DNA of 64,000 bases from Bilabrum cf. latius (Eukaryota): NCBI GenBank assembly GCA_965178125.1, contig OZ237763.1:1-64000 (forward strand). Direction: 5' to 3'. Positions 1 to 12,334 of the stretch are shown in pieces. A program made the translations under genes and the position numbers. Every line of letters starts with the position of its first letter. Within the stretch, counting starts at the first letter, position 1. The notes beneath the pieces are model-generated. The model made no database searches. It worked only from the letters and a program-made list of their open reading frames with translations, and was not told the DNA's origin.

Positions 1-1110
1 ACCCTAACCCTAACCCTAACCTAACCCTAACCCTAACCCTAACCCTAACCCTAACCCTAACCCTAACCCTAACCCTAACCCTAACCCTAACCCTAACCCT
101 AACCCTAACCCTAACCCTAACCCTAACCCTAACCCTAACCCTAACCCTAACCCTAACCCTAACCCTAACCCTAACCCTAACCCTAACCCTAACCCTAACC
201 CTAACCCTAACCCTAACCCTAACCCTAACCCTAACCCTAACCCTAACCCTAACCCTAACCCTAACCCTAACCCTAACCCTAACCCTAACCCTAACCCTAA
301 CCCTAACCCTAACCCTAACCCTAACCCTAACCCTAACCCTAACCCTAACCCTAACCCTAACCCTAACCCTAACCCTAACCCTAACCCTAACCCTAACCCT
401 AACCCTAACCCTAACCCTAACCCTAACCCTAACCCTAACCCTAACCCTAACCCTAACCCTAACCCTAACCCTAACCCTAACCCTAACCCTAACCCTAACC
501 CTAACCCTAACCCTAACCCTAACCCTAACCCTAACCCTAACCCTAACCCTAACCCTAACCCTAACCCTAACCCTAACCCTAACCCTAACCCTAACCCTAA
601 CCCTAACCCTAACCCTAACCCTAACCCTAACCCTAACCCTAACCCTAACCCTAACCCTAACCCTAACCCTAACCCTAACCCTAACCCTAACCCTAACCCT
701 AACCCTAACCCTAACCCTAACCCTAACCCTAACCCTAACCCTAACCCTAACCCTAACCCTAACCCTAACCCTAACCCTAACCCTAACCCTAACCCTAACC
801 CTAACCCTAACCCTAACCCTAACCCTAACCCTAACCCTAACCCTAACCCTAACCCTAACCCTAACCCTAACCCTAACCCTAACCCTAACCCTAACCCTAA
901 CCCTAACCCTAACCCTAACCCTAACCCTAACCCTAACCCTAACCCTAACCCTAACCCTAACCCTAACCCTAACCCTAACCCTAACCCTAACCCTAACCCT
1001 AACCCTAACCCTAACCCTAACCCTAACCCTAACCCTAACCCTAACCCTAACCCTAACCCTAACCCTAACCCTAACCCTAACCCTAACCCTATCCCTAACC
1101 CTAACCCTAA
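1..1110. repeat. Telomeric repeat array (CCCTAA)n, i.e. TTAGGG-type; chromosome end
   Basis: Near-perfect CCCTAA tandem array from base 1 to 1110, with rare variants (CCTAA near 20, CCCTAT near 1092). Confidence 0.99.
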
Positions 1111-1112
1111 AA

Positions 1113-1490
1113 GCAGTCAGCGCCGTGGATGGTGTTTGTGGGATGGATTGCTGGAGTGTCGGGTCGGTGGGCAGTCAGCGCCGTGGATGGTGTTTGTGGG
1201 ATGGATTGCTGGAGTGTCGGGTCGGTGGGCAGGCAGCGCCGTGGATGGTGTTTGTGGGATGGATTGCTGGAGTGTCGGGTCGGTGGGCAGTCAGCGCCGT
1301 GGATGGTGTTTGTGGGATGGATTGCTGGAGTGTCGGGTCGGTGGGCAGTCAGCGCCGTGGATGGTGTTTGTGGGATGGATTGCTGGAGTGTCGGGTCGGT
1401 GGGCAGTCAGCGCCGTGGATGGTGTTTGTGGGATGGATTGCTGGAGTGTCGGGTCGGTGGGCAGGCAGCGCCGTGCATGGTGTTGGTGGG
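1113..1490. repeat. Subtelomeric 58-bp tandem repeat, about 6.5 copies
   Basis: Unit gcagtcagcgccgtggatggtgtttgtgggatggattgctggagtgtcgggtcggtgg starts at 1113, 1171, 1229, 1287, 1345 and 1403, with a degenerate copy at 1461. It directly abuts the telomere. Confidence 0.95.
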
Positions 1491-1668
1491 ATGTATTGTT
1501 GCCAGTGGAGCTGTCTCGCTGCTTGAGTGGCGTCGTGGGTGGCAATTCGAACATAAAGTACCCTTGCAGTATATAAATATGCGGAAAAAATAACCGTAGC
1601 AAGCGCCATCATAAGGTCTAGCTCCAGCACATACCTGGCAGATCGTGGCAGATCTAGGCAGATCTACT

Positions 1669-2550
1669 TCAGAGCGTGTGCTGTTGGTAGCCGCCTGCTG
1701 CAACTGTGGGGTCCACAGGGGCGGACGGTGCCTTCGCACTCGGGCTGCTGGCTTGATACTCGTGCCCTGAACCCCCCATGCCATCGTCCTGTTGGTAGCT
1801 TCCATCCGCGCCCATGTCATCCTCCTGCTCCTGGGGAAACCCTGCACCCATGCCCATCCCAGCAGCACCAGCTGGAGCACCATCTGCAAGATAATAAAGA
1901 ATAAACATTTAGCGTGTGCCCAAATGACAACTTGGCTTGTGAACTCGATGGATACATCAAATTGCAGACGGATTCCCTAACCAATGGAAGCAGCAGATTG
2001 AGCCGCGTGGTACCCCCCCCAAGACTGGAAAGTTTGGTAGCCGAACCAACCGATGGCTACCTTAGCAAACATATTAAGCACCGTCATAGCCAGTCCGAAT
2101 GCATCAGCACTAGCGTACTTCGTCGGTGAATTCGAGAGTGCGACGTCAACAAGATGTCCCCACAGGCCACACCAGGCAATGTCAAGCACTAGAGACCCTG
2201 CGAAATTAATGAGAAGGGTAGAAATCATACAATGGTTTCCTTGGCTTGTAGCTTGGATTGCGGTGCGGCTTGCTTAGAGTAACAACTGTGCGCTTACCCG
2301 CAAGCAGCGCAAGGAATAGCCCTAGGCCTCGAGGTCTCATGCTCCACAGGCCCCACAGCCCGAAAAACGGCAAGACAACATTATAAGCCTGCGTTGCCGT
2401 TGAAGAGATACAGCGAAGGAGGCAATGATGCAGGAAGTCTAGCACAATTCCTGGAACACTGCCAAATTTTCTCACTGGAGTCAACGATGACATGCATGCC
2501 AGGAACGAGAGAACGCTCGAAACGATGAGAGAAATCTCTAACAGATCCAT
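1669..2550 (-). CDS. Small multi-pass membrane protein, AGTRAP-like (spliced)
   Basis: ATG at 2550; predicted GT-AG introns about 2474-2388, 2297-2198 and 1981-1884; TGA at 1669. The joined product has hydrophobic helices and LDIAWCGLWG...AFGLAMTVLNMFAKVAIGWFGYQTF, resembling AGTRAP (LDI...RFGVGMAILSLLLKP), followed by a Gly/Gln/acidic tail. Confidence 0.55.
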
Positions 2551-2989
2551 GCCTGTCGATTTCGTCGGCGCACTGTGTCTTCTCCTTCCATTCTTTCATT
2601 GCCTCAGAAGTTGCACTGTACAATTGAACTCTTATGTCAGATTCGGTGCTCAGCGCGTCAGCGGCGCCGGCGCCACAAGCATTTGGATCTTGGGATACCT
2701 GTGACAGTGTATTGATCAGAGCTTGCAATAGGATGTATCGTCGCGCACGGGCATTGGAAAGGATATTTTCTTCAGCATGTGTCCGAGCCGCTGCTCGACC
2801 TGTCGCAAGGTAAGGTGCACCTCGACCTGCGATGACAGTGCGGTATTGATTAGGTTTGCCAGTCAAGCCCGACAATAGTCCTGTCTATCAAATGCTTGTG
2901 GCTGTCTTCCATGCTTGGATGGCTCGAGATTCTGACCGACAGCCGGTATCGCATACGTGACGCTTGATGTCCGCCCCCAGTATTGCAGT

Positions 2990-4583
2990 ATGAATATTAT
3001 CCGGAGCATGGCAACGTTCAATGATACTGATTATACCCCTATGAAAATGCCAGCATTGTCTCCGGTGAGTTTTGACTACTGAAGTTTTTGGATTGTGGCA
3101 GATCAGCTCCTCCTGCAACAAGTGCCGAGGCTTGCTGCTTTATCCAATCCCACACGAGCCAATGCACGAATCTTAGTTGCTTTTCTAGCTGATTGCACAG
3201 ACCATGGAGCACGGTCGTATCAAGGAATGGCAAGTTGCTGAAGGGGATGAGCTGTCCCCCGGGATGGAGCTTGCTGAGGTTGAGACGGACAAAGCTAGTA
3301 TTACGTTCGAGTGCCAAGACGACGGCTACCTAGCGAAAATATTTGTTGAAGCAGGTGCCGGTGATGTTGCGGTTGGGGACGTGATTGGGGCGATGGTAGA
3401 GGACGAGGAGGACGTTGCAAAATTGGCTGGACTCACCTTGGATGAAGCTGCGGCGGCTGCTGGCGGCGGTGGCGGCGCCGATGCGCCTGCACCCGCTCCC
3501 ACACCAGCCCCGGCCCCGGCCCCGGCTCCGGCTCCGACGCCCTCTCCAGCCGCAGCATCCGCGGCAGGCTCCTCCCCGGCACCCGCCCCTTCTTCCGCCG
3601 GAGGGCCCGTCCGCGCAACCCCGCTCGCCAGGACGCTCGCACGGGATGCCGGGCTTGATTTGGTGCAGCTTGCAGGGGCAGGTTCTGGCCCTGAGGGCCG
3701 CTTGGTGGCGGACGACGTGCGCGCTGCCATCGAGGGCGGGGCGGCTGCTGTGGTGGGTGACCAGGCCCCGGCCCCGGCCCAGGCACAGGCAGGGTACGGG
3801 CAGCAGGGCCAGGGGGTGGCTCCGCAGGCTGAGGCAGGAGCAGCAGGGGCGGGCGGCTGGTTCCCGACCCGGGGTGCGTTCACGGACATGCCTCACGGTC
3901 CTGGCCGATCTGAGTGGGCCGCTGCTCTGACAGCCAGCAAGCGGGACGTACCTCACTACTACCTGACGGTGGACGTCTCCATGGATGCGGCACTGGCGCT
4001 GAGGGGTAGGCTGAACACCAGGCTGGCCCAGGGCAAGGGGGATGCTCCCGCCCAGGTGTCATCGCACGATCTGGTCGTGAAGGCCTCGGCTCTGGCCATG
4101 CGAGACGTGCCCGAGGCCAACTCAGCCTGGCTGCCCGAGGCGGTCAGGCAGTACCACTACGTGGACGTGGCTTTTGCGGCGCAGGGGCCCAGTGGCAGCA
4201 CGAGCCACCCCGTACTGGTGGACGCAGGCACCAAGGGCCTGGGCGAGCTGGCTGAGGCACGGAGCAGGCTGCAGCAATAGGCGGCGGCGGGTGAGCTGCA
4301 GGGTGACGAGGCCCAGGGGGGCACGTTCACGGTGGTCAACTTGGGTAGGTTCGGAGTGAGGCAGGCCAGCGCCATTGTGCGGCCCCCGCAGTCCTGCGTG
4401 CTTGCGCTTGGGGCGGTGCAGAGGCGGGCTGTTCCGGACGGTCCCAATGGCGGCGTGCGGCCGTCGTACGTGCTGAGCTGCACGCTCTCGTGCGACCACC
4501 GCACCGTGGATGGGGCGGTGGGCGCCGCTTGGCTGCAAGCCTTCAAGGCCTACCTGGAGGACCCGGACACGATGCTGCTGTGA
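2990..4583 (+). CDS. DLAT: Pyruvate dehydrogenase E2 dihydrolipoamide acetyltransferase-family protein (one in-frame TAG)
   Basis: MPALSP|TMEHG across intron 3065-3200; lipoyl motif VETDKA; E3-binding ATPLAR...GSGPEGR; catalytic domain GGTFTVVNLG...TLSCDHRTVDGA. The TAG at 4278-4280 is followed in frame by AAAGELQGDEAQGGTF. Ends TGA at 4583. The start codon is uncertain, and an E3BP/PDHX-like paralog is possible. Confidence 0.88.
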
Positions 4584-4746
4584 GTGGTAGAGAGACAGGG
4601 ACGAAGGAAGCCACGGCTGTGCGGCTGCACGACCATTGAGTCTGCACAGGATATGACCTAGAATTGCAATAAGCACACACACCGAAGTGCATCCGGATAT
4701 GTCTGTCCATCAGGCTCGGATCTATCAATCTGCGAACCTGGCCCCT

Positions 4747-6621
4747 TCACCCTCGCTTGGACGAAATCTCCCTGGCCCTCCTCACTGCGAACCTGGCCCT
4801 GGCCCTCTGCAGCAGCCACTGGGACCTGGCATCCGCCTCCATTCCGCCGGGGCTCAGCCCTCCCTTGCGACTGGGCAGTGGCGCCTCAAGCACTGCGCGG
4901 GCAGCCGCCAAGTCTTCTGGCCAGCCCTTGGAGCTCTCCTTCTGTGCCTCAGCGGCGCCGGCGCCTGCCCCTGTAGAAGCCCCATCCCGTTTACCGGCAG
5001 GCTTCGATTCACTGCCTGCTCCTCGCCCCGGTCTGGCTTCGAGCTCATCTCGGCCAGCAGCTGGCAACTACCCCGCCAGGGCGGCCTCAACCACGGCACC
5101 AACCGATGCACCCCCCTGCAGCCTCTCCCTCACGGCCTGTTCCCGCACCTGAGGTGCCACGTCTAGCACGCTCGCCACGTTCCTGTCCAGCGGAGAAGGA
5201 CTACCAGCCGCTTCCATGCCTCTGCCCAGCACAGCCGGCACGTCCACCCGCCCTAGAGGCCGGCCCAGGTCCGTCCTCAGCCCAAATGCACCCCCCGTCA
5301 CCACGGACAAAGATAGGGAAGGCAAGCCAAGGAACCCTGCCCCAGCTCCCGCAGCGCGCGCCCCGCCAGCGCCTGGGAGCGAGGGCGAGTCTCCGCGCCT
5401 GCCAGCTGTGGTTTGTCCGTCTAGCCGCAATACCAAGGCGTCTGCATGACCAAGCGCCGAGTCGGCGGGCGGCATGCGCACCCCATCCGGCCACTCGCCG
5501 GCTCCCTACGAGGCGGCAGGTACCGCTGCCTGCGAGCCCGCAGCGGTGCCTCCTGAGGCCCCGGCTGACGGAGAAGCGATCAAATCGGCCCCGCACATGG
5601 GACAGGCCGCTCCGGTGGCTCGGATGCCCACCCACCGCACCAGCAGATCCGTCCGGAACACATGCCCGCAGGACGTGCGCACGGCATCACCACCCGGCCC
5701 CACCCGCACCATGGAGATCCCGCAGACGAGACCATTCTAGTCCACCGCCTCCCACAGCCTCTGCGCCTCTTTCAGCCTGCCCATGACCCCCACGTGCCTC
5801 GCGTAGTCGCCCACCTTGGACAGCAAGGCCCAGGCACGGCCCAGCGCAAGCCACAGGAGCCCCAAGTGCATCACTCCGACACCACGCTCCATCAGACCGA
5901 GCTGCAGGGCAAGCCAATCCTATGCCACGCTCAGAAACAAGGTGCTGACATCGACGGCGCCGTCCAGGGCCAGCGTGATTGCAGGAGCGGAAGGACCCCC
6001 TGCCAGGCCGCGCGAAGCTGTGTGCATGGCGATAGCAGCCGCGTGGGCCCCATCCAGTGCAAGGTAGTATGACACTAGCGGCTTCGCGCCCCCCATGAAC
6101 ATTATAGCCAAGTACCCCAGAGCTATCGAAGCACATGCAACCAGCACGCTGCACGACATGATGGCTGCGTGCTGGTGCGGAGGGAAGCCAGTCAGCGCCT
6201 AGCCGTGCAACTCCACGGCATCAAGCCGCCGACGCGCCAGAGCTGCCAACTGCTCCAAAACTATGATAATACCGACCCATCCCGCCCATAGAAGCGCTTC
6301 CACGTCGAAATGAACCCCAAGCAGTGCAGCTGAGAACACCAGCTTCAGCAACACAAAATTCAACGCTTTCTCCTATAGCAATAGTTTTTCATCCGAAGAA
6401 AGCGTACCAAATAATACTGAACTTATTGTAAAAAACACCCAGCCGCATGCTACCGCAATAAAATTACCGGCAAGCACGATTTTGGCTGGGTTGTGCAAGA
6501 CGTCTGCTAGCATGGCTTCCACGGTGAACGATCCGCCCTCCCGAAGGCACCCCAGTGCAAGAGATAGAACTAGAAAAACGGTTGATACTGCCGCGTAGCC
6601 TTTCCATGAAAGGATCGACAT
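4747..6621 (-). CDS. HRD1/AMFR-like multi-pass membrane protein with a degenerate RING domain, about 624 aa (6 in-frame TAG)
   Basis: Five ORF fragments share one frame, joined by TAGs at 6373, 6199, 5920, 5737, 5506 and 5068; TGA at 4747. N-terminal TM region (VLFGTLSSDEK, like HRD1 FFGxLxxxE), then CGIS...SCGHVF...LVRW...CPMC. Confidence 0.7.
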
Positions 6622-6740
6622 GGTGGTACAGGCAAAATACTCGGAAGGCAACGTGGAGGCTGCTGATCGCGGCTCAACGAAGGTTCCTGCCGAACCTGAA
6701 GGTCGAATTTGAATCTCGAACCAGTAGATAAGCCCCTGCC

Positions 6741-8411
6741 ATGGACTGGGAAGTCGGGAGGACTCCAGTGGAGTTGCAATTTAAGGTAAGCCTTGATTCA
6801 CACTTACCTTGATAGTAGCGCGCCGGGTACACGCATTTTGGAGGAGGTATCAGTTGAATCATTTGCGCTGTCCGCAGGCAGAAAATTAGCTCATAGAGGT
6901 GACTCCACTGCGCAATTCCAGCCTTGTATACAATGGATACAGCGTGAGGCATTCTTGTGTAGTTTTAGATCGCAGTAAAGCCGGTATTCCTCTAAAATTC
7001 CTTAACTTGCGCTGTCGATGCATATCGCAGGGAAAGTTTGGCCCGTTCGCGCGCGGCAAGTCGACGAAGCTCCCTTTGTTCCTGGCATTGCTGCTCAAGT
7101 CAAGAGGAGTTCTTGCCGTTCGGTGCCCGGCTTGGCTGTAGCTCGATGCATTGAAGCACGTGCTGCGAGAGGAGCAGGATGAGAATCGAAAGCACGAGCT
7201 AGCACCGCTACCAGAGTATTGGGAAGAAATGGCGGCACTTATTCTAAAGAAGTGAGTGATTATGGTGCGTTTTGTTTGATGAACGTGGGTGCAGTGCATA
7301 CAGAGCATTTGAACCACACACGAGCCATATACTCAACTAGGGTCGCCAACGCAGGGCCCCAGAAGACGTAGCAGCCATCTCAGACGTGAGGCAAGTCTTG
7401 CAGAGCATTCGTGAGGTTAGAAGAGCCAAAATTTTGCGCGGCCGCGCCACCCTCCTCGGCCTGGCCGAAGCAGAGCCCCTCCCGTTCTCGGCGGGGATCC
7501 CTCACGTGGGCCGCCGGGAGCTGCTGCTGCTTCAGGACGATTTCCTCGGAGTGCTGGACGACCTGCAGTCCGTGCACCAAACCAAGCTGGAGCTGGAGCT
7601 GAGAGAAGCCCGCGAGCGAGCGGAGGAGGCGCAGGCCAGCAGGTCAGGCGGGGGGCTCCGGGCGCGTGGCTCTGCTGGTGCGTCCTCGTCCTCGTCCTCG
7701 GTACCGAGAGGAGGGCAGTCCACGGATCCTGCATCGGGGAGTGGGGGCAGGGCGAGTGGGGTTGCAGGGACTGGATTCGGCACGCCCGATCCTGTCGCGT
7801 ACCGCGGCACTGGCAGCAGCACTGGGGCAGGGGACCCTGCCGTGCCCTCGGGCCCGGGCAGCGCCGCGTTTGGGCTCAGGACAGGGGAGGCCACTCCTGC
7901 CCCCAGACTGGGTCCGGGGCTCGGGCGCGCGACGGACCCCCGTCCGCTGGCCTCGGCCTCCATCGGAGGCGCTGGCTCTGGCAGCGGGCCTGCCCCTGGC
8001 GGGTCTGTGCTGACCACCAACATGAGCGCGGTGACGCAGGCGAGGGCACACCGCACCGCGCAAGACCTCAGGGCACGATTCCATCGAGCCAGGGCTAGCG
8101 CTAGCACCGGCACAGCTGCCAGTGGCGCTAGCTCGGGGGCAGTGTAGCTTGAAGAAGAAGGTGGCCAGGGCAGCAGCAGCAGCCCCAGCTCGTCGTCATC
8201 AGCAGCGGCAGCTGATGAGGCAAAGGGGACGGCAGCTCTGATGGAGGGCACGGGCGACCCCAGGGTAGGCTAGAAGAGGCCAAACGAGGGCGACCTCGCG
8301 GAGGATGTGGGGGAGCGGGCGGGAGACTGGGGCGGCGAGCAGGAGCCGTTGCAGCCATCCGGGGACGCGGCTGGGAGCGAAGAGGGGCAAGGGGCAATGG
8401 AGGAGAGCTGA
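6741..8411 (+). CDS. PSF2: GINS complex subunit Psf2 with a long low-complexity C-terminal extension (4 in-frame TAG)
   Basis: Exons MDWEVGRTPVELQFK|AEN*LIEVTPL...|GKFGPF...LPLFLALLLK...PAWL*LDAL...PLPEYWEEMAALILK|KAPEDV...IREVRRAKILRG match Psf2/GINS2 motifs. Introns 6786-6877, about 6944-7030, and 7252-7354; TGA at 8409-8411. Confidence 0.85.
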
Positions 8412-8741
8412 AGCAGAAACCCTGCCATTGGGAAGATCCTTAGCATTACATCTTTCCTGTCGCCCAGAATTGCAAGCATTGTGCCTCGTGCGGCCGCTCG
8501 GATAGCGCTGATCACTGCGATTGGTGTGGCCTACGCGCTGGCGGTTGCGGATTGAGCAGGGATTGACCGCATCCCAGGCTTCTCCCGAAGCAAATTGCAC
8601 AAGTCGTTTAGTGTGCGGAGATGAGTGCTCCGAATCCTAATCGTTGCCGTGGGCATCTCCTGTTCGTCCCGATGCAGTTCGCAAAGGGTCGAGCCCGTCA
8701 TAAATCAAATGTAGTCCAGCGCTTGCAAATGAGGTAAATTC

Positions 8742-9443
8742 ATGCGTCGAAATAGGCAAGCACCACAATGTAGTGTTTGTGGCGAACCAAGCGACCACCA
8801 AATTTTGAAGTCGTACTGCAACTGTTCTAAAAAAAGGGAGGACCAGGGGCTGTTCCATCCTCGGTGCTGCGCTTCGCTGTTGGTGGCATATGCAAGAAGC
8901 TAGCAGACGGACGAAGTTGGTAGATCCCACATTGATCGCAGTGGGAACGACTTCGACGAGCGTAACGTCACGCAAGCTCTTGGACTGTTTGAAGGACCGC
9001 CTGCTAGCCCCAGATGCAAACGCTGCAAGGCGAACATACGAGCTCGAGCTGTGGAATCGCTGCAGTGCTCTTGTACCGATATCGTCGGGTGCGCCAGGAA
9101 GGGCCTACTTGGGCAAGCCATCGAGATGCTTTCGCTTGTTGTGGTGCTCGTGATGTTCGTGGGCACTTTCGTCCTTGCGCTGCAGGTGATGGACAGGGAT
9201 AGGGCAGATGAAGATGCATTCACCGCCGCCCGCAAACACGGCGAAGCTCCTGCCCCTGAGCTGGTCGCGAGGGTGCGCCGGGCCCGCTCGCTCCGGCATG
9301 GCCGCCCGCCGGTGCCCCTCTCCACCGAGAGGATCGTGGAGGCCTGCTTCGTGGTGGCTGTGGTTGCGAGCGTGGTCACGGTTTTCGTGCTCTGGCGGAG
9401 GGCGCGAGCCGCGGCCACCACGGTCAAGGTCGAGATGAAGTGA
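8742..9443 (+). CDS. MARCH-type RING-CH (C4HC3) E3 ligase with two TM helices, about 233 aa (1 in-frame TAG)
   Basis: From ATG 8742: CSVC...YCNC...FHPRC...(TAG 8901)...CKRC, then two hydrophobic helices; TGA at 9443. The RING part is missing from the standard-code ORF track. Confidence 0.7.
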
Positions 9444-9638
9444 CTGCCCCCCGACAGTTAGCCAGCTTGCCAAGTTGCAATGCATGTGTTCTTCTTGGCG
9501 GATCCATGCGACGATATTGTGGCAGAGGTATGACGCAGCTGAATTGCAAGAGAAAATTTTCGAAGTCTCATCGCAATTCTTCAGTCCAACCAAAGCTTCG
9601 GACCACTCGTAGCTCGCAAGCACCGGGCCCATGCTCAC

Positions 9639-12146
9639 TCACAGCTCCGGCAGAGTGGCGGGCACCGCGGGCGCCGCTGCCCCCTCGAATCGCGCCATGA
9701 GCGCCGCGGCCTTGGCTGCGATCCCGTCCGGGGTCAGCTTAAAGTGCTCGTACACTGCTGGCCCCGGCCCGGACAGCCCGAACGTGTCCACGCCGTGGTG
9801 CCCGTGCCCGAACCGCTCCCACCCCAAGGAGCACGACGCCTCCACGGTCAGCACCGGGGTCCCCTTAGGGAACACAGAAGCCCTGTACTCCGGATCCTGC
9901 TCCAGGAAGACCTCCTGGCAGGGCAGCGACACGATGGCCACCTTCTTGCCAGCGGCGGCCCCGCCCTCCAGCTGCAGGGCCTTGGCTGCCTCCACGCACA
10001 GACTGACCTCGCTGCCAGAGGCGCACAGGATCACGTCGGGCTGGCCCTCGCCCTCCCCGCCCTGCAGGGTGTATCCGCCCTTCATGGCGGCCTCCACCGA
10101 GGAGCCCTCCAGCTGGGGTAGGCCCTGCCTCGAGAGGGCCACCACGGCGGGGTGCCCGGGGCGAGTGGCGTAGTTGCCGTACGAAGCCGAGACCTCGTTG
10201 CCGTCTGCCGGCCTGTAAACATCCATGTGGGGCATGCCGCGGAGCATGAGCAGCATCTCCACCGGCTGGTGCGTGGGCCCGTCCTCGCCCAGGCCGATCG
10301 AGTCGTGCGTCGCCACGAAGAGCACGCGGAAGTGGGACAGGGCAGACACGCGCACAGCGCCCGCGGCGTACCCAATGAAGTTGAGGAACGTCGCCACGAA
10401 GGGTAGGTGTCCCCCGAAGGCCATGATCCCGTTGGCGATGGCGGTCATGCCGTGCTCCCTCACGCCGAAACGGATATACCTCCCGGCGGGGGTGTCCTTC
10501 TAAAAGTCGCCAGTGATCTTGAGCAGCGTCTTGTTGGACGGAGTCAGGTCGGCAGAACCGCCGAAGAGCTCCGGCAGCTTCTCGGCCAGCGCGTTGAGGG
10601 CCTTGCCGCTGAGGCTGCGTGTGGCTTCCTTCTTGTCCGCGGGTGTGTACCTGGGCAGGCAGTCCACGATGTCGGCGGGCAGCTCCCCCTTGAACCTCCT
10701 CTCGATCTCCGCCCCCTCCTCGGGGAACTTGGCCTTGTACGCCTCGAAGGCAGCGTCCCACTCCTGCCTGGCCTTGACGCCCCTCTCGGCGGCCTCCTTG
10801 TAGTAGGCCAGCACGTCCTCTGCCACCACGAAGGACTCCTTGGGGTCGAACCCGAACTTCTCCTTGGTGGCTGCAAGCACTTCATCGCCCAGGGGCGACC
10901 CGTGCACGCCCGCGGTACCCACCTTGGAGGACCCGAACCCGATGCGGGTGGACACCTTGATGATGGAGGGCCTGGAGGTCTCCTTCTTGGCCTCCTCCAC
11001 GGCCCGCTGGATGGCACCAATGTCCTCGTCACCATCTTCCACCACCTGCACATGCCACCCATAGGCCTCGTAGCGCTTGGCCACGTCCTCGGTGAAGCTC
11101 AGCTCCGTGGACCCGTCGATGGTGATCTTGTTGTCGTCGTACAGCACCACGAGGCTCCCCAGCCCCCAGTGTCCCGCCAGCGAGCTGGCCTCGCTCGAGA
11201 TGCCCTCCTGCAGGCAGCCGTCCCCGCAGATGACAAACACGTTCGAGTCGAAGATCTCGTGACCCTCCTTGTTGTACGTGGCGGCCAGGTTCTTCTGGGC
11301 CAGGGCCATGCCCACCGCGTTGGAGATGCCCTGCCCCAGCGGGCCGGTGCTCACCTCGATGGCCGGGTGCAGCTCGTTCTCGGGGTGGCCGGCGGTGCGG
11401 CTGCCCAGCTGGCGGAAGGCCTTCAGGTCGTCCATGGTCATGTCGGAGTGGCCAGTGACGTGCAACATGGAGTAGAGGAGTGCGCACGAGTGCCCGTTGG
11501 AGAGCACGAACCGGTCCCGGTTGATCCACTTGGGCTGCGAGGGGTCGTAGTTCATCTGGTTGCCCCAGAGCACGTGGGCCATGGGAGCGCAGCCCATGGG
11601 AGCACCTGCAAACACATACAGAATAGAGGTGGGTGGGGCAGCTACTAGTGGGCATTCGACACCGGCACGCAAATACACGAAATCAGCAGACAAAGGCAAC
11701 TGCGCGTCACATGCCAGTCTCGCTTCCAACCTGGCTGGCAGCCCAAATTGGAAGCGGAAACATCGGTAGGGAAGAACGGCTATGCTGAACCATCGGAGCT
11801 GTAACGGTGGAGAGCGCATGCTGGTCGTGTGCAAAAAGGGGCGACGTGTTGCAGTCGTCTGCCGCGAACACTCGGCGACGTCACCACAACTCATCCAAGT
11901 CCGACCTCATTGGTAAGATTATAGATGTAAAAGCACTACAATGGTTAATCAATTCGCGCGCTGCCTCGACAGAGCAAGGCCTATCCCTAGATGGCGCGTC
12001 GATGCTGTGCTTCAGTACATCTCACCTGGGTGTCCGCTGTTTGCCTTCTGTACCATGTCTGCTGATAGCAACCGCACCGTGTTGATGCACTTGAGATCAA
12101 TCCCATCGGCTTTCGCACCCGCGCCACCGCTTGCAGCTCCTGCCAT
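9639..12146 (-). CDS. TKT: Transketolase (1 in-frame TAG)
   Basis: INTVRLLSADMVQKANSGHPG|APMG across intron 12025-11606; NRDRFVLSNGH; TPP-binding motif GDGCLQEG; GDF*KDTPAGRYIRFGVREHGM; THDSIGLGEDGPTHQP; TGA at 9639. Confidence 0.97.
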
Positions 12147-12334
12147 ATTATGTAGTGCAGCGTCGAAGATGCAAAGATCTTCCGAGGTGCGCGCCCGGAA
12201 GCTAAATGTTCCGCAAATCGCGGCGCCAAAATATGTCGTCGTCACACAGGTCAGTGACACTGTGAGTGCCACAGCGCATTCCCGGTAGCGTCAGTGGCAA
12301 TGATGCACGCAGGTTTTTGCTTTTAAGTATTAAT

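Noticed and set aside
1113-1490. 58-bp array (and the 27-bp array at 19357-20826) as CRISPR; ORFs at 1125-1593
   Set aside because: The units are head-to-tail with no unique spacers, no cas genes are present and the context is eukaryotic. The ORFs in all three frames are by-products of a stop-free repeat.
1977-1979. TAG ending ORF 1977..2228 as another recoded codon
   Set aside because: It most likely lies within an intron donor (G|GTTAGG, intron about 1981-1884), so it was not counted.
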